Source: an uncultured Pedobacter sp. (GTDB lineage Bacteria; Bacteroidota; Bacteroidia; Sphingobacteriales; Sphingobacteriaceae). From it: 64,000 nt of DNA. Of this stretch, positions 1 to 9,068 are shown in pieces. Each line of letters starts with the position of its first letter. The first letter of the stretch is position 1. The notes below the pieces were generated by a model. That model made no database searches, was not told where the DNA came from, and worked only from the letters and a program-made list of their open reading frames with translations. The DNA is taken from positions 75,460 through 139,459 of the forward strand of contig CAZQFF010000002.1 of the NCBI GenBank assembly GCA_964592575.1. Direction: 5' to 3'. The translations under genes were made by a program, and so were the position numbers.

Positions 1-1
1 T

Positions 2-850
2 AAGTTAATTTATAAACTCATTCACAATCTTAAACTAGGTAAAGACCTAAAAGAAGCTTTGGGGGAATATGTGAGCTCAGACCCAATCAATGATGTTGAA
101 CAAGAGGTTAAAGAATGGGCTGGGGCCAAGAAAAAAGAAATTGAGTTGTTAAAAAAGCAAGAACAATTTAGACGAGAGTTCTTAAGCAACGTGTCTCATG
201 AATTTAAAACCCCTTTATTCGCCATTCAGGGCTATTTGGAAACCATTCAAGATTGTTTTGAAGATAATCCTGTACAAGCTCAAAAGTTTTTAGAAAAGGC
301 TAGTAAAAATGTAGATCGATTAAGTTATTTAATTCGTGATTTAGATTCCATTTCTAAATTAGAAACCGGTGAAATACCTATTCACTATGAAAAGTTTGAC
401 TTTGTCTTACTTGCCAAAGAGGTGATGGAGAACATGGAAGATAGCGCCGCACGTCGTAAAATTAACTTAACATTTAAGGAAAAATATACGGCGCCTACCA
501 TGGTTAATGCTGATCGAGAAAAGGTTAGACAAATATTGATCAATTTAATCCAGAACTCTTTAAAATATGGGAAAGAAAATGGAACTATAGCGATAAAGAT
601 TTTTGAATTGCACGATCAATTCTTGATAGAGGTTACGGACGACGGTATTGGTATTGAGGAAAAACACTTATCGCGCTTATTTGAACGTTTTTACAGAATC
701 GATTCACACCGCTCTAGAGAGGAAGGTGGCACAGGCTTAGGCTTAGCTATTGTTAAACATATTTTAGAAGCTCACCAACAAACTATTTCAGTGCGAAGCA
801 CCCCTTTTATTGGAACTACTTTTGCTTTTACCTTAGAAAAGGTAGATTAA
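2..850 (+). CDS. PhoR-like sensor histidine kinase, 5'-partial (frame open from position 2; ORF-track start 59 is internal)
   Basis: H-box FLSNVSHEFKTPL, N-box NLIQNSLKY, G1 DDGIGI, F LFERFYR, G2 GGTGLGL; upstream of DUF47 and PiT genes. Confidence 0.9.
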   Translation, partial: KLIYKLIHNLKLGKDLKEALGEYVSSDPINDVEQEVKEWAGAKKKEIELLKKQEQFRREFLSNVSHEFKTPLFAIQGYLETIQDCFEDNPVQAQKFLEKASKNVDRLSYLIRDLDSISKLETGEIPIHYEKFDFVLLAKEVMENMEDSAARRKINLTFKEKYTAPTMVNADREKVRQILINLIQNSLKYGKENGTIAIKIFELHDQFLIEVTDDGIGIEEKHLSRLFERFYRIDSHRSREEGGTGLGLAIVKHILEAHQQTISVRSTPFIGTTFAFTLEKVD

Positions 851-864
851 CAAAAACTGATATC

Positions 865-883
865 TTAACATTAAGTTAACATT
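865..883 (+). promoter_or_regulatory. Pho-box-like direct repeat TTAACATT-N3-TTAACATT (11-bp period)
   Basis: Exact 8-mer at 865 and 876, just upstream of -7 box TAGTTTTG (891-898) of the DUF47-PiT operon. Confidence 0.55.
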
Positions 884-890
884 GGCTTTG

Positions 891-898
891 TAGTTTTG
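891..898 (+). promoter_or_regulatory. Bacteroidota housekeeping -7 box (TAGTTTTG)
   Basis: Matches TAnnTTTG, 23 nt upstream of ATG 922. Confidence 0.55.
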
Positions 899-921
899 TC
901 AAAATTAATTGATTAGATATC

Positions 922-1563
922 ATGAATAGTATTTTCAGTTTCTTCACTCCGAAGGATAAAAAATTTCAACCCTTGTTTGAGCAAGCGGGCAGTAACGTGC
1001 TTAAAATTGCTGAAACTTTATTAGTTGTGTTAACCACTAAAGACGTAAACGTTAGAAAAGAAGCAATTAAAGAAGTAGAGCGTTTAGAGCATGTTGGAGA
1101 TGATATTACACATTCAATCTTTATTGAACTAAGCAAAAACTTCATTACACCTTTTGATCGTGAAGACATTCATTATTTAGCGAGTGCTATTGATGATATT
1201 GCTGATTATATCCATGCTTCTGCAAACCATATTGAACTATATCATGTGACTACTATCAGTGAGCCTATGATTAAATTAGCAGAACTATTAGTAGAAATGT
1301 GTACGGATTTAGAAAAGGCTATTAAAGAATTACGTAGCTTCAAAAATATTCGTGTTATTGCAGATGCTTGTGTTCGTATTAATAGTGCAGAAAATCAAGC
1401 TGATTATGTATGTAACGTAGCTATAGCTCGTTTATTTGAATTTGAAAGTAATGCGATAGAGTTAATTAAACAAAAAGAAATCTTACAAACATTAGAAATT
1501 GCTACCGACAAATGTGAGGATGCCGCTAATGTATTAGAGTCTGTTTTGGTTAAAAATGCTTAA
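922..1563 (+). CDS. DUF47 family phosphate transport regulator (PhoU-like)
   Basis: LEHVGDDITH, FITPFDREDIH, LASAIDDIADY, TDKCEDAANV motifs; directly upstream of PiT. Confidence 0.9.
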   Translation: MNSIFSFFTPKDKKFQPLFEQAGSNVLKIAETLLVVLTTKDVNVRKEAIKEVERLEHVGDDITHSIFIELSKNFITPFDREDIHYLASAIDDIADYIHASANHIELYHVTTISEPMIKLAELLVEMCTDLEKAIKELRSFKNIRVIADACVRINSAENQADYVCNVAIARLFEFESNAIELIKQKEILQTLEIATDKCEDAANVLESVLVKNA

Positions 1564-1572
1564 ACTTCTATT

Positions 1573-2874
1573 ATGTCATTTACATTACTCATTATAATTA
1601 TTGTTTTAGCCCTCATATTTGATTATATCAATGGATTCCATGATGCGGCTAACTCTATTGCTACTATCGTAGCTACTAAAGTACTTACTCCATTCCAAGC
1701 TGTAGTTTGGGCAGCATTCTTTAATTTTGTGGCCTATTGGGTTTTTGGATTTGGAGTAGCAGACACAGTTGCCAAAACAGCAAACACTATGGATATTAAC
1801 CTCATTGTGATTCTTGCGGGGGTTATTGCAGCTATTATATGGAACCTCTTAACTTGGTGGTTAGGAATTCCTTCAAGCTCTTCCCACACCTTAATTGGGG
1901 GATTTGCTGGAGCAGCTATTGCGCATGCGGGTTTAGGTGTGGTAAACTGGTATAAAGCAGGCGGAGAAGGTGAAATGCCTACTGGTGTTTTAGTTATCGC
2001 TGCATTTATTGTGTTCGCGCCATTTATTGGAGCTGTCGTTTCTTACGCTATTTCCGTTTGGCTTTTACATTCCGCTAAAAAAAGCATTTGGCCTAAATTG
2101 TTCACGCTAGCAGTCATGATTTCTACAGGACTTTTGATTTATTATCAAATGCACTCCTATGAAACGATTAAAAAGCCTCGTTTTGAATCTGAGCTCTTGA
2201 GTGTCATATTTGAATCCCACAATATTAAGTGGTTCTTGGTAGGTATAATTATTTGGATTATCTGTTTCTTTAACCTCATTTTTAGTAGTCTAAATCAAAC
2301 TCAGTCAACAGCTTGGTTGAAGAAAATGCAGTTAGTATCATCGGCTTCTTTTAGCTTAGGCCACGGAGGTAATGACTCTCAAAAAGTAATGGGTATTATT
2401 GCTGCTGCGGTAATTGTATATATCCATACGAGCGGTCACAATATGGAAACTCTTCCTGATTGGCTACAAGTAGTTCTACCCTATAAAGATGCTAATGGGC
2501 AAGAGTTCGAAGGTTCTATGCCTGGATGGATTCCTTTAGCTTGTTATAGCGCTATTGCCATTGGTACTTTAAGTGGGGGTTGGAAAATTGTTAAAACCAT
2601 GGGTTCAAAAATCACTAAAGTAACACCATTTGAAGGGGTAACTTCAGAAACTGCTGGTGCATTAACACTTTACTTTACTGAGCATTTAAGAATTCCTGTG
2701 AGTACAACGCATACCATTACAGGTGCTATTATAGGTTCGGGTTTAACTAAAAGCGTATCCGCTGTTAAATGGGGAGTAACGATTAAATTAATTTGGGCTT
2801 GGGTATTAACCATCCCGATCTCTGCGCTCTTAGCCGCAATCATTTATTATATTTTAAGTTATTTTATAGCTTAA
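1573..2874 (+). CDS. Inorganic phosphate transporter, PiT family
   Basis: Signatures NGFHDAANSIAT and GHGGNDSQKVMG; PSSSSH and PVSTTH motifs. Confidence 0.92.
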   Translation: MSFTLLIIIIVLALIFDYINGFHDAANSIATIVATKVLTPFQAVVWAAFFNFVAYWVFGFGVADTVAKTANTMDINLIVILAGVIAAIIWNLLTWWLGIPSSSSHTLIGGFAGAAIAHAGLGVVNWYKAGGEGEMPTGVLVIAAFIVFAPFIGAVVSYAISVWLLHSAKKSIWPKLFTLAVMISTGLLIYYQMHSYETIKKPRFESELLSVIFESHNIKWFLVGIIIWIICFFNLIFSSLNQTQSTAWLKKMQLVSSASFSLGHGGNDSQKVMGIIAAAVIVYIHTSGHNMETLPDWLQVVLPYKDANGQEFEGSMPGWIPLACYSAIAIGTLSGGWKIVKTMGSKITKVTPFEGVTSETAGALTLYFTEHLRIPVSTTHTITGAIIGSGLTKSVSAVKWGVTIKLIWAWVLTIPISALLAAIIYYILSYFIA

Positions 2875-2926
2875 AATAATACCTAAATAAATCAGAGAGG
2901 GCTAAATGGCAATTATTAAACACCAT

Positions 2927-3529
2927 TTAATCCTCTTTTTTTATAATAGGTTTCAACTGAAAAGTGTTGATGTTGGCATTAGTCTTTTCTACTTTAACGT
3001 CCAACTTATCATATCCCGGCGCACTAAATATAACTCTTAAAGGATATTTAAAGTCCTTTTCCATTTGAAGTTGAAATTTACCATTGCTCATAGTAAAAGT
3101 GCTAATTCTATAATTGGGTAATTCCACTTGAACATTTTCAATAGCTTGTTTCGTATTTAAATCTTGGACACTACCTTCAAAAACTAAAGCTGATTTAGCA
3201 TTATTGATCTTAAACCAAAATAACAAACTCACAATAATAAATAATACAGCAGCAGTAGAGGCAATGCTCAAACGTTGTGAGGTTATTTGCCATTTCTTCT
3301 TTTCAACAGATTTTTGAGCTACTTTTTGATGTAACTGCTTTTGTAATATAGATAAATTATACCTTAAGTGATGGCTATGTTTTAAGCCATCTAAAGCTTC
3401 AGCCACAAAGGGATCTTCCAGGCATAATTTCTCAACCTCATAGCTATCCTTTGCATTAAGTTGCCCAAGTAAGTAGGCCTCTAAAACTTCAATATCAGAG
3501 TAATCTTTAATTTTCACTGTTTTTTTCAA
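2927..3529 (-). CDS. Putative anti-sigma factor: N-terminal ASD, one TM helix, carboxypeptidase-regulatory-like Ig domain
   Basis: LEAYLLGQL..DPFVAEALDGL N-terminus; TM AAVLFIIVSLLFWF; GSVQD..AIENVQV..NGKFQL..FSAPGY; overlaps the ECF stop codon. Confidence 0.7.
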   Translation of the reverse strand: MKKTVKIKDYSDIEVLEAYLLGQLNAKDSYEVEKLCLEDPFVAEALDGLKHSHHLRYNLSILQKQLHQKVAQKSVEKKKWQITSQRLSIASTAAVLFIIVSLLFWFKINNAKSALVFEGSVQDLNTKQAIENVQVELPNYRISTFTMSNGKFQLQMEKDFKYPLRVIFSAPGYDKLDVKVEKTNANINTFQLKPIIKKED

Positions 3530-4085
3530 TACAATTTTTCAAATTTCGCTTGCCGTTTTGGATATAACTTTTCACTTGGTTTAAATCATAGTTTGTGATT
3601 TGAGCAATATCCTTATAACACATCTCCTTTAGGTAAAATAGTTCAATACAGATTTTTTGCTCTGGGGATAAAGTATTAATACAATTCTCCAAATCAGAAA
3701 GCTGCTTTTCTTTTACATCCTCTACATCAAGATGCACGAATCCTTCTAATTCCATAAGATGCTCATCAATATTATCCATGTTCATTTTAGAGGATTTTCT
3801 AATATCCATCAAGCAATGGTTTCTTGATAAAACATGTAACCAACTTTTAAAATTCTGAACCTGATGAATTTTTAACTTAGCTATCAACTCTTCAAAAATA
3901 GCCATAACGGCGTCCTTACTCTTTTCTTCATCTTTATAGCAATTCATACAAATACCATAGACTAGGTGCATATATCGCTCATAAAGTTGAGCGAGCACAC
4001 TAAGTTCTCCTGTGATTTGGTAACTCCTTAAAAGTTCATCATCACGGAGTTTGTCTTTGTCATATTTGTTCTGAATAAATTTCAA
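3507..4085 (-). CDS. ECF RNA polymerase sigma factor
   Basis: Region 2 (SKDAVMAIF..FKSWLHVLSRNHC) and region 4 (LSPEQKICIELFY..YKDIAQIT..VKSYIQNGKRNL); TTG start. Confidence 0.9.
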   Translation of the reverse strand: MKFIQNKYDKDKLRDDELLRSYQITGELSVLAQLYERYMHLVYGICMNCYKDEEKSKDAVMAIFEELIAKLKIHQVQNFKSWLHVLSRNHCLMDIRKSSKMNMDNIDEHLMELEGFVHLDVEDVKEKQLSDLENCINTLSPEQKICIELFYLKEMCYKDIAQITNYDLNQVKSYIQNGKRNLKNCIEKNSEN

Positions 4086-4182
4086 TAGCGACCTTTTTAT
4101 TTAATAGATGCAAAATAAACTTGATTTTCATAAATATAACTTTCTGTTTGATTATTTATAAAAGAAATTAATCTTAGAGCCG

Positions 4183-4190
4183 TATATTTG
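4183..4190 (+). promoter_or_regulatory. -7 box TATATTTG for DEAD-box helicase/rarA
   Basis: Matches TAnnTTTG. Confidence 0.55.
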
Positions 4191-4236
4191 TAACAAGCTA
4201 ATTAATAAGCTATTTTATCAAAAACAAGACAATAAT

Positions 4237-5451
4237 TTGGATTTTAAAGTATTTAATTTTTCACCAGAGCTTTTAGAAGGCTTAACGGCAATGGGTTTTA
4301 AAGAACCTAGTCCTATTCAAGAAAAAGCCATTCCATTAATTTTAGACCAAAAAGATTTAATTGCATGTGCACAAACAGGCACAGGTAAAACAGGGGCCTA
4401 TTTGTTACCCATAATCCAAAAACTATCCCAAATGTCTAAAACTCATAATGCTTGCTTGATTTTAGCTCCTACTAGGGAATTAGCGCAACAAATTGATGTG
4501 CAAGTTCAAGCTTTAGGCTACTTTACCAATATTTCATCCATTTCTATTTATGGAGGTGGGGACGGGCAAAGCTATGAAATTCAAAAAAGAGCCCTAAGAG
4601 ATGGCGTCGATATTATCATTGCTACCCCTGGTCGATTAATTGCTCATTTAAATTCTGGTTCAATTAATTTAAATCAACTTCAATTTCTTGTCTTAGATGA
4701 GGCAGATCGTATGTTAGATATGGGCTTTCATGATGACATCATGAAGATTGTGGGTTATCTACCAAAGAAAAGACAGAGTTTATTGTTTTCAGCAACAATG
4801 CCTCCCAAAATTAGGAATTTGGCCAATCGATTATTATTTCATCCGGTGCAAATAAATATTGCTATTTCAAAACCAGCGGAAGGTATTGATCAACAAGTTT
4901 ATTATTTGGATGAGAGTCAAAAAACACCATTATTGCTCCACATTTTAGAATCTCAATTATATCATAGAATTATTGTTTTTGCTGACCGTAAAGAAAAGGT
5001 GAAAGATTTAGGGAAATTATTAAGCAAGCGCAATTTGTCGGTGGCCAGTTTTCATAGTGACTTAGAGCAAAGAGACAGAGAACAGATCATCTTGGACTTC
5101 AAGAATTCAAAAATTGATGTGTTAATTGGAACAGATGTATTAAGTAGAGGGATTGATGTAGAAGGTATTGATTTAGTTATTAACTTTGATACTCCTGCCG
5201 ACCCTGAGGATTATATTCATAGGATTGGAAGAACAGCAAGAGCCTCACAAAAAGGCACGGCGATTACTTTTGTAACGCAACGCGACTATAGATATTTGCA
5301 GCATATTGAAAAATTAATTGAGCGCAAACTAGAGCCAAGTATTCTACCTGAACATTTAGGAGTATCTCCAGAATTAAAGGCCAAGTCATCTATAAAAAAA
5401 CGCCCTTTCAAAAGAAAAAATACGAGTACAAAAACTAAACCTATAGATTAA
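4237..5451 (+). CDS. DEAD-box RNA helicase (RhlE-like)
   Basis: AQTGTGKT, PTRELA, TPGRL, DEAD, SAT, RGID, HRIGRTARA. Confidence 0.95.
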   Translation: MDFKVFNFSPELLEGLTAMGFKEPSPIQEKAIPLILDQKDLIACAQTGTGKTGAYLLPIIQKLSQMSKTHNACLILAPTRELAQQIDVQVQALGYFTNISSISIYGGGDGQSYEIQKRALRDGVDIIIATPGRLIAHLNSGSINLNQLQFLVLDEADRMLDMGFHDDIMKIVGYLPKKRQSLLFSATMPPKIRNLANRLLFHPVQINIAISKPAEGIDQQVYYLDESQKTPLLLHILESQLYHRIIVFADRKEKVKDLGKLLSKRNLSVASFHSDLEQRDREQIILDFKNSKIDVLIGTDVLSRGIDVEGIDLVINFDTPADPEDYIHRIGRTARASQKGTAITFVTQRDYRYLQHIEKLIERKLEPSILPEHLGVSPELKAKSSIKKRPFKRKNTSTKTKPID

Positions 5452-5453
5452 TT

Positions 5454-6737
5454 ATGTCTTACCAATTACCTCCTTTAGCTGAAAGAATGCGTCCTACTCG
5501 TTTAGAGAACTATGTCGGACAAGCTCATTTAGTTGGAGAGGGCTCAGTATTGAGGAAAGCTATTGAAAACAAACAATTACCTTCTCTAATTTTATGGGGG
5601 CCTCCTGGTGTTGGAAAAACTACTTTAGCCAATATCATTGCCAAAAGTTTAGATCGCCCATTTTATAATTTAAGCGCTATTAATTCGGGTGTTAAAGAGG
5701 TTCGTGAAGTCATCGATAAAGCTATTTCATTAAGAGGAAGTTTTTTAGGTAAGCCTATTTTATTTATTGATGAAATACACCGTTTTAGCAAAAGTCAGCA
5801 AGATAGTCTTTTGGGCGCCGTTGAAAGTGGCTTAATAACCTTAATTGGCGCCACTACGGAGAATCCTTCTTTTGAAGTTATATCCGCTCTACTTTCAAGA
5901 TGTCAAGTTTATATTTTAGAGAACTTAACAGAAGCAGAATTAGTTTATCTTTTAAATCAAGCTATTGAAAAGGATGAAGTTTTAAAAAAACTACCGATTG
6001 AAATTCAAGAGCACGAAGCATTATTGCGTTTATCAGGAGGTGATGCCCGACGCTTATTAAATGTTTTTGAAATCACTATTAATGCATTAGGGGATGGCCC
6101 TTATATCATCAATAATGAAGTTGTATTAAAACATGTTCAACAAAACATGGCCCTTTATGATAAAGCAGGAGAACAGCATTATGATATTATATCGGCTTTC
6201 ATCAAATCTATTCGAGGATCCGATCCTAATGCAGCTGTATATTGGCTAGCCAGAATGATTGAGGGAGGTGAAGACCCTAAATTTATCGCTCGTCGTTTAT
6301 TAATTCTAGCCTCTGAAGATATAGGAAATGCTAATCCAAATGCCTTGCTATTAGCTAATAATTGTTTTCAAGCTGTGAATATCATTGGATTCCCGGAGTC
6401 CCGAATTATTTTGTCACAATGCGTTACTTATTTAGCCAGTTCGGCAAAAAGTAATGCCGCCTATCAAGCTATTAATCTTGCTCAGGATTTAGTCCGTAAA
6501 ACAGGCGACCTTTCTGTTCCTTTACATTTGCGCAACGCGCCTACTCGTTTGATGAAAGATCTGAATTATGGTACGGATTACCTTTATGCGCACGCCTACG
6601 AAAGTAACTTTGTAGAGCAAGAGTTTTTACCTAATGAAATATCGGGCACAAAATTATATGAGCCTGGTAATAATCCGGCAGAGAGTAAGCTTAAAGAACG
6701 TTTAAAATTTCTTTGGAAAGATAAATACAATTATTAA
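5454..6737 (+). CDS. rarA: Replication-associated recombination protein A (RarA/MgsA AAA+ ATPase)
   Basis: PLAERMRP, GPPGVGKTT, DEIHRF, GATTENP, SAFIKSIRGSDP, ASEDIGNA, VPLHLRNAPT. Confidence 0.95.
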   Translation: MSYQLPPLAERMRPTRLENYVGQAHLVGEGSVLRKAIENKQLPSLILWGPPGVGKTTLANIIAKSLDRPFYNLSAINSGVKEVREVIDKAISLRGSFLGKPILFIDEIHRFSKSQQDSLLGAVESGLITLIGATTENPSFEVISALLSRCQVYILENLTEAELVYLLNQAIEKDEVLKKLPIEIQEHEALLRLSGGDARRLLNVFEITINALGDGPYIINNEVVLKHVQQNMALYDKAGEQHYDIISAFIKSIRGSDPNAAVYWLARMIEGGEDPKFIARRLLILASEDIGNANPNALLLANNCFQAVNIIGFPESRIILSQCVTYLASSAKSNAAYQAINLAQDLVRKTGDLSVPLHLRNAPTRLMKDLNYGTDYLYAHAYESNFVEQEFLPNEISGTKLYEPGNNPAESKLKERLKFLWKDKYNY

Positions 6738-6751
6738 ACATTTTTTTAAGG

Positions 6752-6769
6752 TTTGGCACTGCCTTTGTA
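6752..6769 (+). promoter_or_regulatory. RpoN(-24/-12)-like motif TTTGGCAC-TGCC-TTTGTA
   Basis: TGGCAC-N5-TTG spacing; near-identical motif upstream of the second OmpA gene. Confidence 0.4.
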
Positions 6770-6800
6770 TATCATTTATAAATATTAAATCAAAAAACAA

Positions 6801-7481
6801 ATGAGTACTTCAAAAATTAAAATAGCTACTTATGCGATGGCTTTATCCATAGGAGCAATGACATTTCAAAGTTGTGATAGTTTAACGAATACACAAAAAG
6901 GAGCTGGAATTGGGGCTGCAGCAGGTGGGGTTATTGGTGGAATTATTGGCAAAAAAGCTGGCAATACTGCGGTTGGTGCAATCATTGGTGCTGCCGTTGG
7001 AGGAACAGCAGGTGGCTTTATTGGCAAAAGAATGGACAAACAAGCTGCCGAAATTCAAAAAGCTATTCCTAATGCTGAGGTTATTCGTGAAGGAGAAGGG
7101 ATTATCGTGAAGTTTGATAATGGTATATTATTTGATTTTGATAAATCAGAACTAAAAGATATCGCTAAACAAAATATTCAATCTTTAGCCAGCTCTCTTA
7201 ATCAATACCCAGGTACTGATATCCAAATTATTGGACATACAGATAACCGAGGAACAGAACAATATAATCAAGGTTTGTCGGAACGTAGAGCTGCTGCAGT
7301 GAAAGCATACGCGGTATCTCAGGGTGTTCCAAGCTCTAGATTAATTACAATTGGTAAAGGTTATTCTGAGCCCATAGCTGATAACAACACAGACGCAGGC
7401 AGAGCTGAAAATCGTCGTGTAGAAATTGTAATCGTAGCTAATGATCAGTTGAAAAAAGAAGCCGCTTCACAAGGTAAGTAA
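6801..7481 (+). CDS. OmpA-family lipoprotein with glycine zipper (YiaD-like)
   Basis: Lipobox FQSC; GAGIGAAAGGVIGG zipper; GHTD..NQGLSERRA..NRRVEI. Confidence 0.9.
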   Translation: MSTSKIKIATYAMALSIGAMTFQSCDSLTNTQKGAGIGAAAGGVIGGIIGKKAGNTAVGAIIGAAVGGTAGGFIGKRMDKQAAEIQKAIPNAEVIREGEGIIVKFDNGILFDFDKSELKDIAKQNIQSLASSLNQYPGTDIQIIGHTDNRGTEQYNQGLSERRAAAVKAYAVSQGVPSSRLITIGKGYSEPIADNNTDAGRAENRRVEIVIVANDQLKKEAASQGK

Positions 7482-7526
7482 GCCAATTTACGATACCTTA
7501 TACATCATAAACATTTACTTAAGAAC

Positions 7527-7560
7527 GCAAAAACCCCATGATTAATCGTGGGGTTTTTGC
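7527..7560. terminator. Bidirectional intrinsic terminator
   Basis: gcaaaaacccca(t)gatt/aatc(g)tggggtttttgc between convergent genes. Confidence 0.85.
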
Positions 7561-7561
7561 T

Positions 7562-7915
7562 TTAAAAGGTTTGGCCATAAATCTCTTCGAAATAAGCTAT
7601 TGCTAAGCCCTTTAAGAGCATTTCCTGCTCTAATGAACTATAGGCAGGTATAGCTTTAACTAATTTCCAATGTGGCCAACCATCTTGATCTAAGCCTTCC
7701 AATTCATAAAACCCCATTTCACTTAATAAGCGACAAGTGGCAATATGCATTAATTCTTCTTTTTGTCTTTTACTATATTTCTTTGGCCCTTTTCCTAATT
7801 CTTGTACTCCTATCAAAAATAAAATAACTTTAAGATCGGGAGATTCCGACTCAAAATCTTCTGCTAGTTTTAATTGTAAGGCCTTCCATTTATAATTTAT
7901 TTCTGATGCTTTCAT
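7562..7915 (-). CDS. Small hypothetical protein (start revised to MKASE)
   Basis: ILFLIGVQELG, KEELMHIATC, DGWPHW; -7 box TATATTTG at 7931-7938 lies inside the longer called ORF. Confidence 0.7.
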   Translation of the reverse strand: MKASEINYKWKALQLKLAEDFESESPDLKVILFLIGVQELGKGPKKYSKRQKEELMHIATCRLLSEMGFYELEGLDQDGWPHWKLVKAIPAYSSLEQEMLLKGLAIAYFEEIYGQTF

Positions 7916-7989
7916 TCCTAAGTTTATGCACAAATATACGATTATCATCTTTTAGGGGGAATGTTTAATCCTTACATAAGATTTTATGA

Positions 7990-7997
7990 TACATTTG
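7990..7997 (+). promoter_or_regulatory. -7 box TACATTTG 4 nt before ATG 8002; divergent -7 box at 7931-7938 (-)
   Basis: TAnnTTTG matches on both strands. Confidence 0.55.
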
Positions 7998-8001
7998 TGT
8001 T

Positions 8002-9039
8002 ATGAGTAAAAAAATAAATACAGCCATTTTAGCATTTGGGATGTCTGGAAAGGTATTTCATGCCCCATTTATTAATGCTAATGAGCATTTTAATTTCTAC
8101 GCTGGCCTTAAAAGACATCAATCAAGAATAGAGTCTTTATACCCAAATGTTAAATATTTTGAAGATTTTGATACGTTGCTAACAGATTCAGAAATTGAAT
8201 TGATTGTAATTAACACCCCAAATTTTACTCATTTTGAATTCGCTAAAAAAGCTTTACTAGCTGGAAAACATATTTTAATCGAGAAACCATTTACAACGAC
8301 TTTTTCTGAAGCAGATACTTTGTTTAATTTAGCAAAAGAGCAAAATAAATGGATTTTTGTTTATCAAAATAGACGCTTTGACAGCGGATTTAAAGCTTTT
8401 AAAGCGGTTGTTGACTCCAATTATCTTGGTAAATTAGTTGAAGTTCATTTCCGTTTTGATCGATATAGAAACCAAATAGGCCCAAAACTATTTAAAGAAG
8501 AAAAGATGCCGGGTTCTGGTCTTTTATATGATTTGGGTCCGCATTTAATTGATCAAGCGATTAGCCTTTTTGGCAAGCCTATTAAGTTTATAAAAACACT
8601 AAGTTATAACCGAGAAAAAACGCAAGTTGATGATTACTTTCAAATTCACTTAAGTTATCCAAACCAGCTTCAAGTGTTTTTAACGTCTAGCTTTTTAGTC
8701 GCCGATTCTAGAGAAGCATTTATAGCGCATAGTTCGAAAGGGTCCTTTTTAAAAATGCACGCTGATGTTCAAGAGAAACAACTCCTTAATGGTTTGAGCC
8801 CATTAGACCCTACTTATGGTTGGGAGAACCCTAACGATCATGGTCAACTTACTTACCTAAATGATGCTGGAGACTTTTCTAAAACAAAATGGCCTTCTGA
8901 GCAAGGCAACTATATGGAATTCTTTGATGCCGTTTATAAAAGTTTACGAAAAGGACAAGCTTTCCCTATCACTAAATTAGAAATTTTATGGCAGATTAAG
9001 ATCTTAGAAAGCCCAAATGAGGAAATTGTTTCGATATAA
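8002..9039 (+). CDS. Gfo/Idh/MocA-family oxidoreductase (YdgJ-like)
   Basis: AFGMSGKVFH, NTPNFTHF, IEKPF, YQNRRFD, GLLYDLGPHLID. Confidence 0.9.
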   Translation: MSKKINTAILAFGMSGKVFHAPFINANEHFNFYAGLKRHQSRIESLYPNVKYFEDFDTLLTDSEIELIVINTPNFTHFEFAKKALLAGKHILIEKPFTTTFSEADTLFNLAKEQNKWIFVYQNRRFDSGFKAFKAVVDSNYLGKLVEVHFRFDRYRNQIGPKLFKEEKMPGSGLLYDLGPHLIDQAISLFGKPIKFIKTLSYNREKTQVDDYFQIHLSYPNQLQVFLTSSFLVADSREAFIAHSSKGSFLKMHADVQEKQLLNGLSPLDPTYGWENPNDHGQLTYLNDAGDFSKTKWPSEQGNYMEFFDAVYKSLRKGQAFPITKLEILWQIKILESPNEEIVSI

Positions 9040-9068
9040 TTTATATTTTTGAGTTTTAATCCATTCAC

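Noticed and set aside
966-1169. Short ORF-track calls nested in or antisense to real genes (also 6910, 15854, 16990, 25579, 26953, 27253, 27836, 38706, 39500, 40670, 42929, 51912, 52541, 53275, 53300, 56406, 56771, 58048, 61186, 61559)
   Set aside because: Shadow or alternate frames of well-supported genes; no motifs or independent signals
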